From IMG/VR virus record IMGVR_UViG_3300042519_001698: a DNA stretch of 64,000 nt. The stretch is one strand, 5' to 3'. Source of the DNA: a virus. The notes under the pieces were generated by a model. That model saw nothing but the letters and a program-made list of their open reading frames with translations. It made no database searches and had not been told where the DNA came from. Both the position numbers and the translations under genes were made by a program. Shown piece by piece: positions 1-11,400 of this stretch; the stretch's first letter is position 1; every line of letters starts with the position of its first letter.

Positions 1-9
1 AATTCTTGA

Positions 10-729
10 TTAATTATCATTTTTAATTTTGTCTTTAATTAATTCAAATAATACCACATCTTTTTGTATTTGGGTATCCGTAATTTTTGCGGCAACTTGT
101 ATTGACACACCTTCAGCTGACCCTACCACAATTTTCTTTCCACTCATTACATCACACGACTCTTTAATTGATTGTAACTTCTCATATAAGAGAAAGAAAT
201 TATCTTTTAATCCTTCTTTATTGAAAACCAAGAAGTACTCGTAAATCGTCTCTAAATCACCATATTGTGGGTATATTTTTTGAAGATATGTTTTATAATT
301 CAACCAATCAATATCCCCAATATTCATTTGGATATCTCTTATAAATTCTTTTTTTATTTTATGACTTAATAGAGTTTCAACATATGTAATTCCATTTTGA
401 TATGGATAGTTAACTAATTGTTCAATAAAAAAATAATTGGAAATGAAGGTATCTGCATCTATTAAAATTGAGATGTTATGATATTTTAATATTTCTTTAA
501 CTAATATTATTTTATCATGATATGACTTTAGGTGTCTATTGTATTTTATGATTTTTATACAAGAATATTCTGAATTATCCCAATCTGAACTTGATGTAAA
601 TTGTTCTGGTTCATCGGTTAAGATATAACAATCAATTCCAATATCTTTTAAATTGGTAACTTTTTCTTTTGTACTGTTAAAATAGGAAATATCACCGAAA
701 CACATTATTCCTATACCGATATTATTCAT
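10..729 (-). CDS. Putative GT-A fold glycosyltransferase
   Basis: YILTD motif, a DK-containing helix and an ILIDADT DxD motif after a hydrophobic strand, in a 239-aa protein; motif-level resemblance only. Confidence 0.5.
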   Translation of the reverse strand: MNNIGIGIMCFGDISYFNSTKEKVTNLKDIGIDCYILTDEPEQFTSSSDWDNSEYSCIKIIKYNRHLKSYHDKIILVKEILKYHNISILIDADTFISNYFFIEQLVNYPYQNGITYVETLLSHKIKKEFIRDIQMNIGDIDWLNYKTYLQKIYPQYGDLETIYEYFLVFNKEGLKDNFFLLYEKLQSIKESCDVMSGKKIVVGSAEGVSIQVAAKITDTQIQKDVVLFELIKDKIKNDN

Positions 730-753
730 ACCTATAATATAAGAAAAATATTT

Positions 754-1482
754 CTATAAACCAAACCTTGATTTTTGTATATTGTAGTTTTGTGTAACCA
801 TTGTACTTGTAAACCCAACTCCTTTGTATATTTTAACAGATGCAACTCGTATTTTAGAATGATCTCCACTACCTGCCCCTATTAAAAGAGGGTTTCCCGT
901 ATTATTAAACGCGGCATTAGTCCAACTTTGAGTACCAACAGATGAATTATTTATATACATATATCCAGTATTACCAACTCTAGTTAATACAACGTGTTTC
1001 CATTGATTTAAGTCAGTATTAGTTGATATAGTTGTTTCGTAAGTTCCATCATTTGAATAATTTCTCATAGTAGTACCGGGTGAATTCATAATAACCCATC
1101 CTGATGCTGGCCATTTTGATTGAAAAGTACCTATATATCCTGAATAATTTTGTGGTTGAGCTCCATCTAAATAAATCCATAAATCAATAGTAAATTCACC
1201 GGTACCAAAATCCCAATTTGAAGAATCTGGAATAGTTACATAATCATTAGTTCCATCAAAATTAATATACCCTTGATTACCACTACTAAATGTTGGTCCA
1301 TTTGTTAAAGTACCATTATTATTATTTCCTGATAAATCACTCCAACTTGTTCCTGAACCTGGATAAGATTCTAGTGCTGATGCATCTAAATGTAACACCA
1401 ATCCTCTTGTAATTACATTTTTATAATCTTCCACATCAGCATGTGTTCCGTTATATATGTGTCCTCCTATATTAAATGGCAT
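754..1482 (-). CDS. LamG/concanavalin A-like lectin domain virion protein
   Basis: GLVLHLDAS..SYPGSGTSWSDLSG start, FDGTNDYV, W.HVVLTR and a QNYN..K.RFGL end, typical of phage LamG tail-associated proteins. Confidence 0.85.
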   Translation of the reverse strand: MPFNIGGHIYNGTHADVEDYKNVITRGLVLHLDASALESYPGSGTSWSDLSGNNNNGTLTNGPTFSSGNQGYINFDGTNDYVTIPDSSNWDFGTGEFTIDLWIYLDGAQPQNYSGYIGTFQSKWPASGWVIMNSPGTTMRNYSNDGTYETTISTNTDLNQWKHVVLTRVGNTGYMYINNSSVGTQSWTNAAFNNTGNPLLIGAGSGDHSKIRVASVKIYKGVGFTSTMVTQNYNIQKSRFGL

Positions 1483-1492
1483 AATTTATATT

Positions 1493-2200
1493 TTATAATC
1501 CAAATCTATTTTTTTGTGCATTATAGTTTTGTAAAACTTCAGCCGCGGTTAGTGGTCTATTATAAAATCTTGCTACCGATATTTTGGCATTTCCATATCC
1601 AGCATAACTAGCAATAGTAAAAGATACGTTCATATCTGTGGGTACATTAGTCAATGCTCCTGTTGATTGTTGTGAACCATTTAAATATAGATACATATTA
1701 GCACCATTAAAAGTTCCAACTACGTGATACCAAACACCGGTCACAAAAGCGGTAGTTGTACTAATTGTGTCATATGGATTTGCGGTTGTTCCAATAACCT
1801 CCCATCTCATGTAATTAGAAGATGGCATGTAAAAGTTTATATACTTTCCACCACCTCCATAGTCTATAAATCCTTGATTTCTATCTTTACTTATTAAATT
1901 TACCCACATTTCTAATGTTGCACCGCCAGCAAAAGACGTTGAAATATTTGAAGTAGTTATATGATCGTTTGTTCCATCAAATGAAATACTCCCATTACCA
2001 TCACTTGAATAAGTTGGTCCGTTTTGTAAAGTACCGGTTGTAGATGTAACTAAATCATACCAACTAGTTCCCGTTTCGGGATATGAATCTTTTGCAGATG
2101 CATCAAAATGAATACTCAATCCTCTAGTAACAATACTTTTGTAATTTAAAGTACTAGCAATTTGACTATTAACAATATTTCCATTTATATTTAAAGGCAT
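1493..2200 (-). CDS. LamG/concanavalin A-like lectin domain virion protein (paralogue)
   Basis: GLSIHFDAS..SYPETGT.WYDL, FDGTNDHI, WYHVVGTF, YNRPLTAAEVLQNYNAQKNRFGL. Confidence 0.85.
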   Translation of the reverse strand: MPLNINGNIVNSQIASTLNYKSIVTRGLSIHFDASAKDSYPETGTSWYDLVTSTTGTLQNGPTYSSDGNGSISFDGTNDHITTSNISTSFAGGATLEMWVNLISKDRNQGFIDYGGGGKYINFYMPSSNYMRWEVIGTTANPYDTISTTTAFVTGVWYHVVGTFNGANMYLYLNGSQQSTGALTNVPTDMNVSFTIASYAGYGNAKISVARFYNRPLTAAEVLQNYNAQKNRFGL

Positions 2201-2203
2201 CTA

Positions 2204-2452
2204 TTAAGGTGTTGTTTCTATTGCCCATTCAGGTGTGTTTATTATTTCAAGTATTTCCGTTTGTGTGTATGGTCCTTGTTTTGTTGTTAAAGATGATACA
2301 CTTGGTGGCATTTCATCTCCATCATATTTCACAAACGTTAATGTTTCATCAACAGATTTTCTAATTGTATCAACTGATGTTTCTTGAACTTCGTAAAAAT
2401 TAATTTTATCTAATTCACTGACATTAAAAATTATATATTTTCTATTTTCCAT
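2204..2452 (-). CDS. Small phage protein associated with tail/adhesin genes
   Basis: 82-aa ORF tightly packed in the operon; ends GPYT..EIL.I..T.EW, a pattern recalled from small phage tail-associated proteins. Confidence 0.6.
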   Translation of the reverse strand: MENRKYIIFNVSELDKINFYEVQETSVDTIRKSVDETLTFVKYDGDEMPPSVSSLTTKQGPYTQTEILEIINTPEWAIETTP

Positions 2453-2471
2453 ATTGATAAATATTATCGTC

Positions 2472-3164
2472 TTATCCTTTTAAGTTTGTTGACACTAAGT
2501 AATAATTTCCAGATTCTACAGCGGCACCAACAGGATAATCATTAAATCCAACATCGGCTAAAACATATGGTTCCGGAAAACTATATGTCCAAGCGTTAAT
2601 CCATAAAAATGAATTTGGGGTATAGTCACCATTTGGTTCACTAAATACCGTATCCCTTAACCACCATCTTCCACCATCGGGAACGGTCCAAGCGGATGTG
2701 CCGGATTCATAAAAATTTGGATTTCTAAATATTTGTGCGGTATAATCTCCGGCTGTTGTTGATGATATTGCATACGCAGTTTTAAAATATCTTTGGTAAT
2801 TACTACCAGTTTGTCCTAATACACCTCCAACAAAATTACTCATTGCTCTCCAATGAAATTTTGAACGAGGATATACTAAATCTAATCCTAACGGGGTTCC
2901 TCCGTGTGTTGAACCCGGATATTGTATGGTTGGTCCTGTAGTTATTGGGTAAAAATCGTATCCTCCACCTTCTTCAGTCATATCTACATACATTTGTAGA
3001 GGATTAGGCATTTTTTCAGATTGTATCCAATAATACCCACTACTTTTTGATGGAAATGTTTTAGCTAATTCCAATCCACTTCTTGCTGGTGTACTACTAG
3101 ATGTACCATCTCCTGGTACTGAATATGTTGAACTAATTATTAAACCTCCTATATTAAATGGCAT
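2472..3164 (-). CDS. Fibrinogen-C/COLFI-like adhesin, paralogue 1
   Basis: ARSGLEL...SGYYWI...MYVDM.EEGGGY matches the fibrinogen-related domain N-subdomain; WWLRD..FSEPNGDY. Confidence 0.65.
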   Translation of the reverse strand: MPFNIGGLIISSTYSVPGDGTSSSTPARSGLELAKTFPSKSSGYYWIQSEKMPNPLQMYVDMTEEGGGYDFYPITTGPTIQYPGSTHGGTPLGLDLVYPRSKFHWRAMSNFVGGVLGQTGSNYQRYFKTAYAISSTTAGDYTAQIFRNPNFYESGTSAWTVPDGGRWWLRDTVFSEPNGDYTPNSFLWINAWTYSFPEPYVLADVGFNDYPVGAAVESGNYYLVSTNLKG

Positions 3165-3167
3165 ATG

Positions 3168-3839
3168 TTATGGTTTTAAGTTTGTTGATACTAAATAATA
3201 ATTTCCTGTTGCATAGTTGGCAGATATATCGTTAAATGATATATCAGTTAACCCATAATTAACTGCCGGTTGAGAGTATCCACCAAATAAACCATATGGA
3301 CCATAATCTCCGTTTGGTTCACTAAAAGTTGTATCTCTTAACCACCATCTACCCAAATCTTTAACTTGATGTGCTGATGAACCCGTTCCATAAAAAATAT
3401 GACTTCTCATTATTACTGAAGTATAATTAGCCGCAGTTAAACTATACACCCCATATGTAGTTGTAAAATAATCAGCATAAGCTCCCGATGGTCTTTGGTC
3501 TCTAACTGCATTTGACATTGCTCTCCAATGATATTTTGAACGTGGCATTACTAAATCTAATCCTAAAGGTGTGCCACCATTTTTTACATTTACAAAATTT
3601 ACTGAAGGTCCTGCGGTTATAAAATAAAAATCATAACCACCACCCTCTTCACTCATATCCACATACATTTGTAAAGGATTGGGCATTTTTTCAGATTGTA
3701 TCCAATAAAATCCTGATGCTTTATTTGGATAGTTTCTTGCCAAGTCTGCACCAGAACGTGCAGCTCTTGCTGCTGTTGAACCATCGGGTGGTGACACTCG
3801 TGTGTTATTTATAATAAGTCCACCTATATCTAATGCCAT
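3168..3839 (-). CDS. Fibrinogen-C/COLFI-like adhesin, paralogue 2
   Basis: Same motif blocks as 2472..3164 (SGFYWI, MYVDMSEEGGGY, RWWLRDTTFSEPNGDY, LVSTNLK). Confidence 0.65.
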   Translation of the reverse strand: MALDIGGLIINNTRVSPPDGSTAARAARSGADLARNYPNKASGFYWIQSEKMPNPLQMYVDMSEEGGGYDFYFITAGPSVNFVNVKNGGTPLGLDLVMPRSKYHWRAMSNAVRDQRPSGAYADYFTTTYGVYSLTAANYTSVIMRSHIFYGTGSSAHQVKDLGRWWLRDTTFSEPNGDYGPYGLFGGYSQPAVNYGLTDISFNDISANYATGNYYLVSTNLKP

Positions 3840-3840
3840 A

Positions 3841-4554
3841 TTATCCTTTTAAGTTTGTTGATACTAAATATTTTGTACCAGTAGAATATCCCACATATGC
3901 ATCATTAAATCCAAATGTACCCTCTGATGATAATGAATATCCAGCGGCGTGTAATCCCAATAATACATTTGGGTTATAATCCCCATTCGGTTCTCCAAAT
4001 GTAGAATCTCTTAACCACCATCTTCCCCCATCTGCAACTTTCCAATCGGGAGCTCCCGTTCCATAATATTTTGGATTTCTCATTATGTATGTAGTATAAT
4101 TACCATTCAAACTTGGTGCGGTTGGGTAAGCACCTGCGGCCACCGTTGATACTGAAGCTGATACCGCATAACAAGTTTGACAATAACCCGCTAAATCACC
4201 CAATACATTATTTGCAAACCTATATATTGCTTTCCAATGTCCTTGACTTCTAGGATAAATCAAATCCAATCCAAGTACGAGTCCACTATGTATTTCTGTG
4301 GTTGAACTTACCGCTGTTCCGGCTGTTATTGGATAAAAATCATATCCTCCTCCGTCACAATCTGAATCCAAATTTACATACATCTGTAATGGATTTGGCA
4401 TTCTATCGTTTTGTATCCAATAATACCCACTGGTTTTTGCTGGAAATAATCGTTTTATGTCCAATCCACTTTTCGCAGCTTTATCACTACTACTTCCATC
4501 AGCAATAAATAACGATGATGAATTTATTATATTATTACCTATATGAACTGGCAT
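3841..4554 (-). CDS. Fibrinogen-C/COLFI-like adhesin, paralogue 3
   Basis: Same motif blocks (SGYYWI, GGGYDFY, RWWLRDSTFGEPNGDY, LVSTNLKG). Confidence 0.65.
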   Translation of the reverse strand: MPVHIGNNIINSSSLFIADGSSSDKAAKSGLDIKRLFPAKTSGYYWIQNDRMPNPLQMYVNLDSDCDGGGYDFYPITAGTAVSSTTEIHSGLVLGLDLIYPRSQGHWKAIYRFANNVLGDLAGYCQTCYAVSASVSTVAAGAYPTAPSLNGNYTTYIMRNPKYYGTGAPDWKVADGGRWWLRDSTFGEPNGDYNPNVLLGLHAAGYSLSSEGTFGFNDAYVGYSTGTKYLVSTNLKG

Positions 4555-4557
4555 CTC

Positions 4558-7500
4558 TTAAGATTTTTTAGGAGTTGCAATATTAGGGTCAACTTCGGTT
4601 AAAGCAAACTTATAAACTTTACCCTTCTTATTATTATATAAGAATAAATCATCTTCACCTTCCACTATTGTCCAATCACCTATTCCATTATTTAATGATA
4701 AGTCAGATGTATAAACTGTACTCCAACGAGCTGCTGCCGAACCTAAATCTCTTGTTCCATTTGCTTCAGGTAAAACGTTACCCGCTACCGTTAATGTTGA
4801 ACCATCAAATGTTAAATTCGCTTCAGCATTTAATGTAACACCACCGACACTTGTCATTACTCTATTATCAACCGCATTTGTGATTGTTGTTGTACCACTA
4901 GAACCTGAAGAACCGTTACTACCACTAGAACCTGATGTTCCTGATGAACCTGAACTTCCCGATGTTCCACTAGAACCTGAAGAACCACTTGTCCCTGAAG
5001 AACCTGATGAACCATTACTACCACTAGAACCACTTGTACCTGAACTACCTGAAGAACCATTACTACCACTAGAACCTGATGTTCCCGAAGTTCCACTAGA
5101 ACCATTGGAGCCTGAAGTACCAGATGAACCATTACTACCGCTAGAACCTGACGTTCCACTAGAACCATTGGAACCACTTGTACCAGAAGAACCTGATGTT
5201 CCACTTGTCGCCGCAGTATATGATGTTCCGTTTATTAATAACGAACCTGTTATACTTAAACTACCTGTAACTTGATGTGTGTCATCATTTGTATCTCCAA
5301 ACTTGGTTGACCCTGAAGAATACATAACAGATGATGTAACATATGTCATATAAAGTTCGTCAGCGGTAATTGCACCTTTAACTTTTAATGAGCCGGTAAT
5401 TTCAACATTTTTAGTTGCCGACCATATAGAACCAGTTTGTGCAAATATTGAATCTCCTGATGAACCGCTTGAACCATTGGAACCTGAACTTCCAGATGTT
5501 CCACTTGAGCCTGACGTACCCGCTGTTCCTGATGAACCACTTGAACCTGATGTTCCACTAGACCCCGACGTACCCGCTGTTCCTGATGAACCTGAGGAAC
5601 CATTAGAACCTGATGTTCCACTGGAACCTGAAGAACCATTACTACCACTAGAACCTGATGTTCCTGATGTCATTGCTGAGAATGAAACACCATTTACTAT
5701 TAATGTACCGTTAGTTCTAATTGAACCCGTTACCTCAATATCATTTCCAAAAACAACTTTAGTTGCTCCTGAACTTGTAATTTTATTACCGTCTTGTATT
5801 TGAACGGTACCTCTTAAATCAATTAATCCTGTTGTTGGGTCTAATAATACATTACCTCCGCCCGATGTTTTTAATTGAATATCGCCGTCATTACTTTGTA
5901 ATGTAATTGTATCAGTTCCAGCTTCTAAAATCTTAAATGATTGACCAACATCGGTTGTAATCTGTAATTCTTGACTGGTGCTACCCAAAACTTTTTGTCC
6001 ATCAATATATAATGAACCTGATGACAAATATAAGTGTCTAAATTGTTTTGATGATGAACCTAAATCATATGTGTTATTAATTGAAGGTACAATGTGTCCA
6101 ACTGCCGATGTATCGATAGCACCACTAACCATATGTCCACCAAATATTACGTTTACACTACCTGAAATTGGACTACCAAAATAAACATCAACATTGTTAG
6201 CGTCGATTGATTTTATTTGAGTTGGGATAACCACATTTTTATTACTATCCCAAACAGTTACCGATGGAAAATTAGTACCTAAATTATGTGCTACTGACCA
6301 TGTTGTTGATGATGCAAATGTTTGTGTTGTACCACCAATACCATCTCTACCACTCGTTCCTGATGAACCTGAAGTACCAGCAGTCCCTGAAGAACCACTA
6401 GAACCTGAAGACCCTGATGAACCTGAACTACCACTAGTTCCAGACGTTCCAGAAGAACCTGATGTACCACCTGTACCGCTAGAACCTGAACCACCACTAG
6501 TTCCTGATGAACCAGCACCACCTGTTGTTAAACTGGCAGTTCCTGTTAATGATGATGAGAATGTAACTGTTAAATTATTTGAATCAATAGCTTGAACATT
6601 ACTTGGTATAACTAAATAACCATTACTGTCATAAATCATGACAGATGGATATCTTTGACCTAAATTGTGAGTAATACTCCAAGTTGTACCTGTAAATCCT
6701 GAAGTAAATGAAGTACCACTTAAACCCGATGTACCCGAGCTACCCGTAGCACCAGTTGTACCTGAACTACCTGATGTACCTGAGCTACCTGTGTCACCAG
6801 TTGTACCTGAACTACCTGATGTACCAGCCGTACCACTTGAACCCGATGTTCCCGCAGTACCTGAAGAACCTGACGTTCCTGAACTACCACTCGTTCCTGA
6901 TGTTCCCGCTGTTCCTGACGAACCACTTGTTCCTGAACTTCCCGATGTACCGGCTGTTCCACTAGAACCTGACGTACCTGATGAACCACTAGTTCCTGAA
7001 GAACCTGAACTTCCACTTGTACCTGAAGTACCTGAAGATCCATCACCACCTGACGCACCATCAAGGTTAATTGTCCATGATGTAAATGTACCTGTACCAA
7101 CTGTTCTACTTGGTGAACCAAAAGTTAATGTTGTTCCAGAATAACTAATGATTTCACATTCTTGGAAATGTGTTGAATCATTAACAATTATAATAGATTG
7201 TGCGGGTGTGTATGATAAATTCGCATCTACTGTTAATGTTCCTGAAGAACCTAATGTAAATGAACTTGTTGATGTTGTTTTATACTTGTCACTTAATCCT
7301 GAACTACCTGATGTACCTGCAGTTCCAGACGAACCACTTGTACCACTAGTTCCGGCCGTTCCTGATGAACCTGACGTACCTGATGAACCACTTGTTCCAC
7401 TAGTTCCTGAGGTTCCACTAGTACCTGATGAACCACTTGTACCTGATGTACCTGAAGAACCACTACTTCCTGACGTACCACTTGTTCCACTAGAACCTGA

Positions 7501-8340
7501 AGTGCCAGCTGTTCCTGATGAACCACTTGTACCTGATGAACCTGACGTACCAGCGGTTCCTGAACTTCCACTTGAACCTGATGTTCCACTTGTTCCTGAA
7601 CTACCTGATGTTCCACTTGTTCCTGTAGAACCACTAGAACCTGAAGTACCACTAGTTCCCGCACTACCTGATGAACCACTTGTTCCCGCCGTTCCTGAAG
7701 AACCACTAGACCCTGAAGTACCACTTGAACCTGAGGTACCCGCTGTTCCTGAAGAACCCGATGAACCACTTGTTCCTGATGTACCCGCTGTTCCTGAAGA
7801 ACCCGATGAACCACTTGTTCCTGATGTACCCGCTGTTCCTGAAGAACCCGATGAACCACTTGTTCCTGATGTACCACTTGTACCGGCCGTTCCTGATGAA
7901 CCACTAGAACCTGAAGTACCCGATGTACCACCTGTACCTGAAGAACCTGAACCACCACTAGTACCTGATGTACCCGATGTTCCGGCAGCATCTAACCATG
8001 TGGTACCATTATATCTATAAATGTTTGTGTCTGAAGTGTTATAATAAATCGAACCCGTTGCCTTTAAAATTGGGGATACGTTCGATGTGGGAATTGTAAG
8101 TGCTCCCGTTATAAAAACTGAACCAGTAAACAAATGGGAATCATCAATTGAATCACCAAAAACTGTGTTACCCGAAGAAAATGATTGGGTAAAATGTGAT
8201 ACTGAAGACGAAATTATCAATTCTTTAGCCGTGATGTTACCATCGACTATTAAATTTTCTGAAATTTGTACTGAGCCGGTTATAGTTGCGCCATTAGCAG
8301 CAACCAAAAGGCCGTTTTTTACTATAAATTGATTTGCCAT
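4558..8340 (-). CDS. Tail fibre-like protein A with Ser/Thr Gly-X-Y tracts
   Basis: Start refined to ATG 8340 ([11 protein letters not shown], matching MANELVVKNGL of the next gene). Five GTS/GSS/GTA tracts. C-terminal DLGS...RW.TVYT.DL...WTI.EGE.DLFL.N.K.GK.YKF resembles the end of T4-like cyanophage fibres. Confidence 0.8.
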   Translation of the reverse strand: MANQFIVKNGLLVAANGATITGSVQISENLIVDGNITAKELIISSSVSHFTQSFSSGNTVFGDSIDDSHLFTGSVFITGALTIPTSNVSPILKATGSIYYNTSDTNIYRYNGTTWLDAAGTSGTSGTSGGSGSSGTGGTSGTSGSSGSSGTAGTSGTSGTSGSSGSSGTAGTSGTSGSSGSSGTAGTSGTSGSSGSSGTAGTSGSSGTSGSSGSSGTAGTSGSSGSAGTSGTSGSSGSTGTSGTSGSSGTSGTSGSSGSSGTAGTSGSSGTSGSSGTAGTSGSSGTSGTSGSSGSSGTSGTSGSSGTSGTSGTSGTSGSSGTSGSSGTAGTSGTSGSSGTAGTSGSSGLSDKYKTTSTSSFTLGSSGTLTVDANLSYTPAQSIIIVNDSTHFQECEIISYSGTTLTFGSPSRTVGTGTFTSWTINLDGASGGDGSSGTSGTSGSSGSSGTSGSSGTSGSSGTAGTSGSSGTSGSSGTAGTSGTSGSSGTSGSSGTAGTSGSSGTAGTSGSSGTTGDTGSSGTSGSSGTTGATGSSGTSGLSGTSFTSGFTGTTWSITHNLGQRYPSVMIYDSNGYLVIPSNVQAIDSNNLTVTFSSSLTGTASLTTGGAGSSGTSGGSGSSGTGGTSGSSGTSGTSGSSGSSGSSGSSGSSGTAGTSGSSGTSGRDGIGGTTQTFASSTTWSVAHNLGTNFPSVTVWDSNKNVVIPTQIKSIDANNVDVYFGSPISGSVNVIFGGHMVSGAIDTSAVGHIVPSINNTYDLGSSSKQFRHLYLSSGSLYIDGQKVLGSTSQELQITTDVGQSFKILEAGTDTITLQSNDGDIQLKTSGGGNVLLDPTTGLIDLRGTVQIQDGNKITSSGATKVVFGNDIEVTGSIRTNGTLIVNGVSFSAMTSGTSGSSGSNGSSGSSGTSGSNGSSGSSGTAGTSGSSGTSGSSGSSGTAGTSGSSGTSGSSGSNGSSGSSGDSIFAQTGSIWSATKNVEITGSLKVKGAITADELYMTYVTSSVMYSSGSTKFGDTNDDTHQVTGSLSITGSLLINGTSYTAATSGTSGSSGTSGSNGSSGTSGSSGSNGSSGTSGSNGSSGTSGTSGSSGSNGSSGSSGTSGSSGSNGSSGSSGTSGSSGSSGTSGSSGSSGTSGSSGSNGSSGSSGTTTITNAVDNRVMTSVGGVTLNAEANLTFDGSTLTVAGNVLPEANGTRDLGSAAARWSTVYTSDLSLNNGIGDWTIVEGEDDLFLYNNKKGKVYKFALTEVDPNIATPKKS
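7736..7875. repeat. Three exact tandem copies of a 45-bp unit inside a Gly-X-Y tract
   Basis: cgctgttcctgaagaacccgatgaaccacttgttcctgatgtacc at 7741, 7786 and 7831. Confidence 0.9.
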
Positions 8341-8372
8341 ATGTCTACTGTTTTCACTGTCCAACAGTTATA

Positions 8373-8380
8373 TATAAATA
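8373..8380 (-). promoter_or_regulatory. TATTTATA motif upstream of fibre A (candidate late promoter)
   Basis: TATTTATA on the coding strand between a terminator and the start codon; recurs upstream of many structural genes. Confidence 0.55.
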
Positions 8381-8403
8381 CTACATTTTTTTGTTTAAGT
8401 AAA

Positions 8404-8437
8404 TAAAAAAGGAGACATTTTATTGTCTCCTTTTTAT
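8404..8437. terminator. Intrinsic terminator (bidirectional)
   Basis: AAAAAA GGAGAC attttatt GTCTCC TTTTT, directly after the stop of 8457..12512. Confidence 0.8.
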
Positions 8438-8456
8438 TTTATCAATATTATGTTTT

Positions 8457-11400
8457 TTATAATAAAGTTGTAGATGTTTTAAACTCCCATCCACCATTAG
8501 AAGTGAAATTTAAAACCACATTTCCACCACTTAATCCAACTGCGAAAGATGCTCCATCTGTACTTCCGATGTCAACTGTTGAGGTTTCATTGAAAACCAC
8601 AGTTGAGCCATTCCATACCGATGAAATCTGTCCTGAACGAGCGTTTGCCCCTTTAGATATTGTGTAGTTGTAGAATGCTGAGGTATTTGAACCTGTTGCG
8701 TTTGTTGATACAACCGAAGTACCGTTAGTTGAAGTTGTTTTATCACTAACAAATGTTGATTGTGTTGTTCCTGATATTTTTAATGAACCATTTACAACTG
8801 TATCTGAATTAATTGTTACAACATCTCCATCATCCGTTAAATTAGAATCTGTAATTCCTGTTGCTGACGCAAATCTAACTAATGCATTTATAGTTCCTGA
8901 AACTGAAACCGATGTACCTGAAGTACCGGCTGTTCCTGATGAACCACTTGTTCCCGCCGTTCCTGAAGAACCTGAAGAACCCGATGTTCCAGATGATCCA
9001 TCACTACCTGATGAACCACTTGTTCCCGCCGTTCCTGAAGAACCACTAGAACCTGAAGTACCAGCTGTTCCTGATGAACCCGAACTTCCTGAAGAACCAC
9101 TAGAACCATCACTACCTGATGAACCACTTGTTCCTGCTGTTCCTGAAGAACCTGATGTACCTGAAGTTCCTGAAGAACCTGATGTGCCAGCAGTTCCTGA
9201 AGAACCCGATGTACCTGAAGTTCCTGAAGAACCTGATGTACCCGCTGTACCACTAGAACCTGATGTCCCAGCCGTTCCACTAGAACCTGATGTCCCAGCC
9301 GTTCCACTAGAACCTGATGTTCCTGAAGAACCGTTACCACCTACTGTGGCAATCACGGTTCCACTTTGTGCTACACTAAAGTAAACTTTTAAATTGTTAC
9401 TATCTATAACCTCAATACCTGTTGGTATAACAACTTTATCGTTAACATCAAACACATTGATTGCTGGATATTTATAACCTAAATTGTGGTTAAATGACCA
9501 TGTTGTTGATGATGGAGTTACTGTTAATGTTTGTGTTTGACCTGAAACAATTACCGCGTTTAAAGCGTGTGATGCAGTTAATGCATATGATGAACTTGCA
9601 ATTGTTGATGTTGAACTTGAAACATATGAATTAAACCATGATTCGTCTAATTTACCTGTACCAATTGCTTGACCATTTAATGAAATTGAACCTGTGATAT
9701 TAACACTACCCGTAAATTGATGTGTATCGTCTAAAGTATCACCAAATCTATTTGAACCTGAAGTAAATAATACAGAAGAAGTCACATAATCCATGTGTAT
9801 TTCTCTTGCTGTTAATATACCATTAATATAGGTATCTCCGTTTACTCTGAATGTTCCATCAGATAAAATTGATGCACTTACTGAACCACTAACTATTTTA
9901 TTTAATTCTAATCCTGTAACTCCACTTGCTGGAATGTTATATAATCCCGCACCGTCACCTGTAAATGATCCTGAGATAGTTCCTCCCGCAGTTATAGTGT
10001 TTCCTACTTTTAATGTATTATTAACACCAACGATTTCAACTCCACCATATCCCGGATTAAGTACTAAAGTACCACCACCGTTTAAATATGTTTGACCGAA
10101 AATATTACCATCTATACTGAAACTTGAACTAACATCAAACATTGATATTGAACCTGTGAATTGAACGTCGTTTGTTGTCGCCCAAAAAGATCCTGTTTGA
10201 GCAAATAAACTGTCTCCAGAAGAACCTGATGTTCCTGCGGTTCCTGATGAACCTGACGTACCAGCTGTTCCACTTGAACCTGAAGTACCACTTGTTCCTG
10301 AAGAACCTGAAGTACCCGCGGTTCCTGATGAACCTGATGTACCACTTGTTCCTGAAGAACCTGAAGTACCAGCCGTTCCACTAGAACCTGATGTTCCTGA
10401 AGAACCATCACTACCTGAAGAACCTGATGTTCCAGATGAACCTGAAGTTCCCGCTGTTCCTGAAGAACCCGATGAACCACTTGTTCCTGCAGTGCCACTT
10501 GAACCTGAAGAACCTGAAGAACCACTAGAACCCGAAGTACCCGCCGTTCCTGAAGAACCTGATGTACCAGCTGTTCCTGAAGAACCTGAGGTACCTGATG
10601 TCATTGCTGCGAATGAAACGCCGTCAATAACTAAACTACCACTTGATATATTAACAGAACCCGAAATAAAGACTGAACCTGTAAATTCATGTGTATCGTC
10701 CGATGTATTACCAAATTTATTTGAACCCGACGTATACATTATTGAAGAACTTACGTAATCAATATTTAATTGTCTCGCAGTTAAAATACCTTTAACATTA
10801 ACATCTGAATCAATTTCTACAAGTGAACCATTATCAGTAATTTTTGAATCAACTAATGTTGGGTCACCAGCACCTGTTTGAAATTTACCAATTGTATTGT
10901 TTGTACCTGAAACGGTTACTGAAGTACCACTTGTTCCTGATGTACCGGCCGTTCCTGAAGAACCCGATGTACCAGCTGTACCTGATGAACCTGACGTACC
11001 CGCTGTTCCTGATGAACCACTTGAACCTGATGTTCCACTTGTTCCTGAAGAACCTGATGTACCAGCTGTTCCTGAAGAACCACTAGAACCTGATGTTCCC
11101 GCCGTTCCTGATGTTCCAGAAGAACCATCACTACCTGAAGAACCTGATGTTCCTGAAGAACCTGAAGTACCTGCCGTTCCTGAAGAACCTGATGTACCAG
11201 CTGTTCCTGATGAACCACTAGAACCTGATGTTCCTGAAGTACCTGCAGTTCCTGAAGAACCACTAGAACCTGATGTACCACTTGTTCCCGCAGCTGGTAA
11301 CCATGTGCTACCATCATATCTATATATGTTAGTATCAGTTGTATTATAATATATTGAACCTGTTGCGTTACCTATAGGATCTGATGATGCAGTTGGGATT

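Noticed and set aside
2472-4554. Diversity-generating retroelement acting on the three paralogous adhesins
   Set aside because: No reverse transcriptase in the window, no near-identical TR/VR pair, and differences are not adenine-restricted
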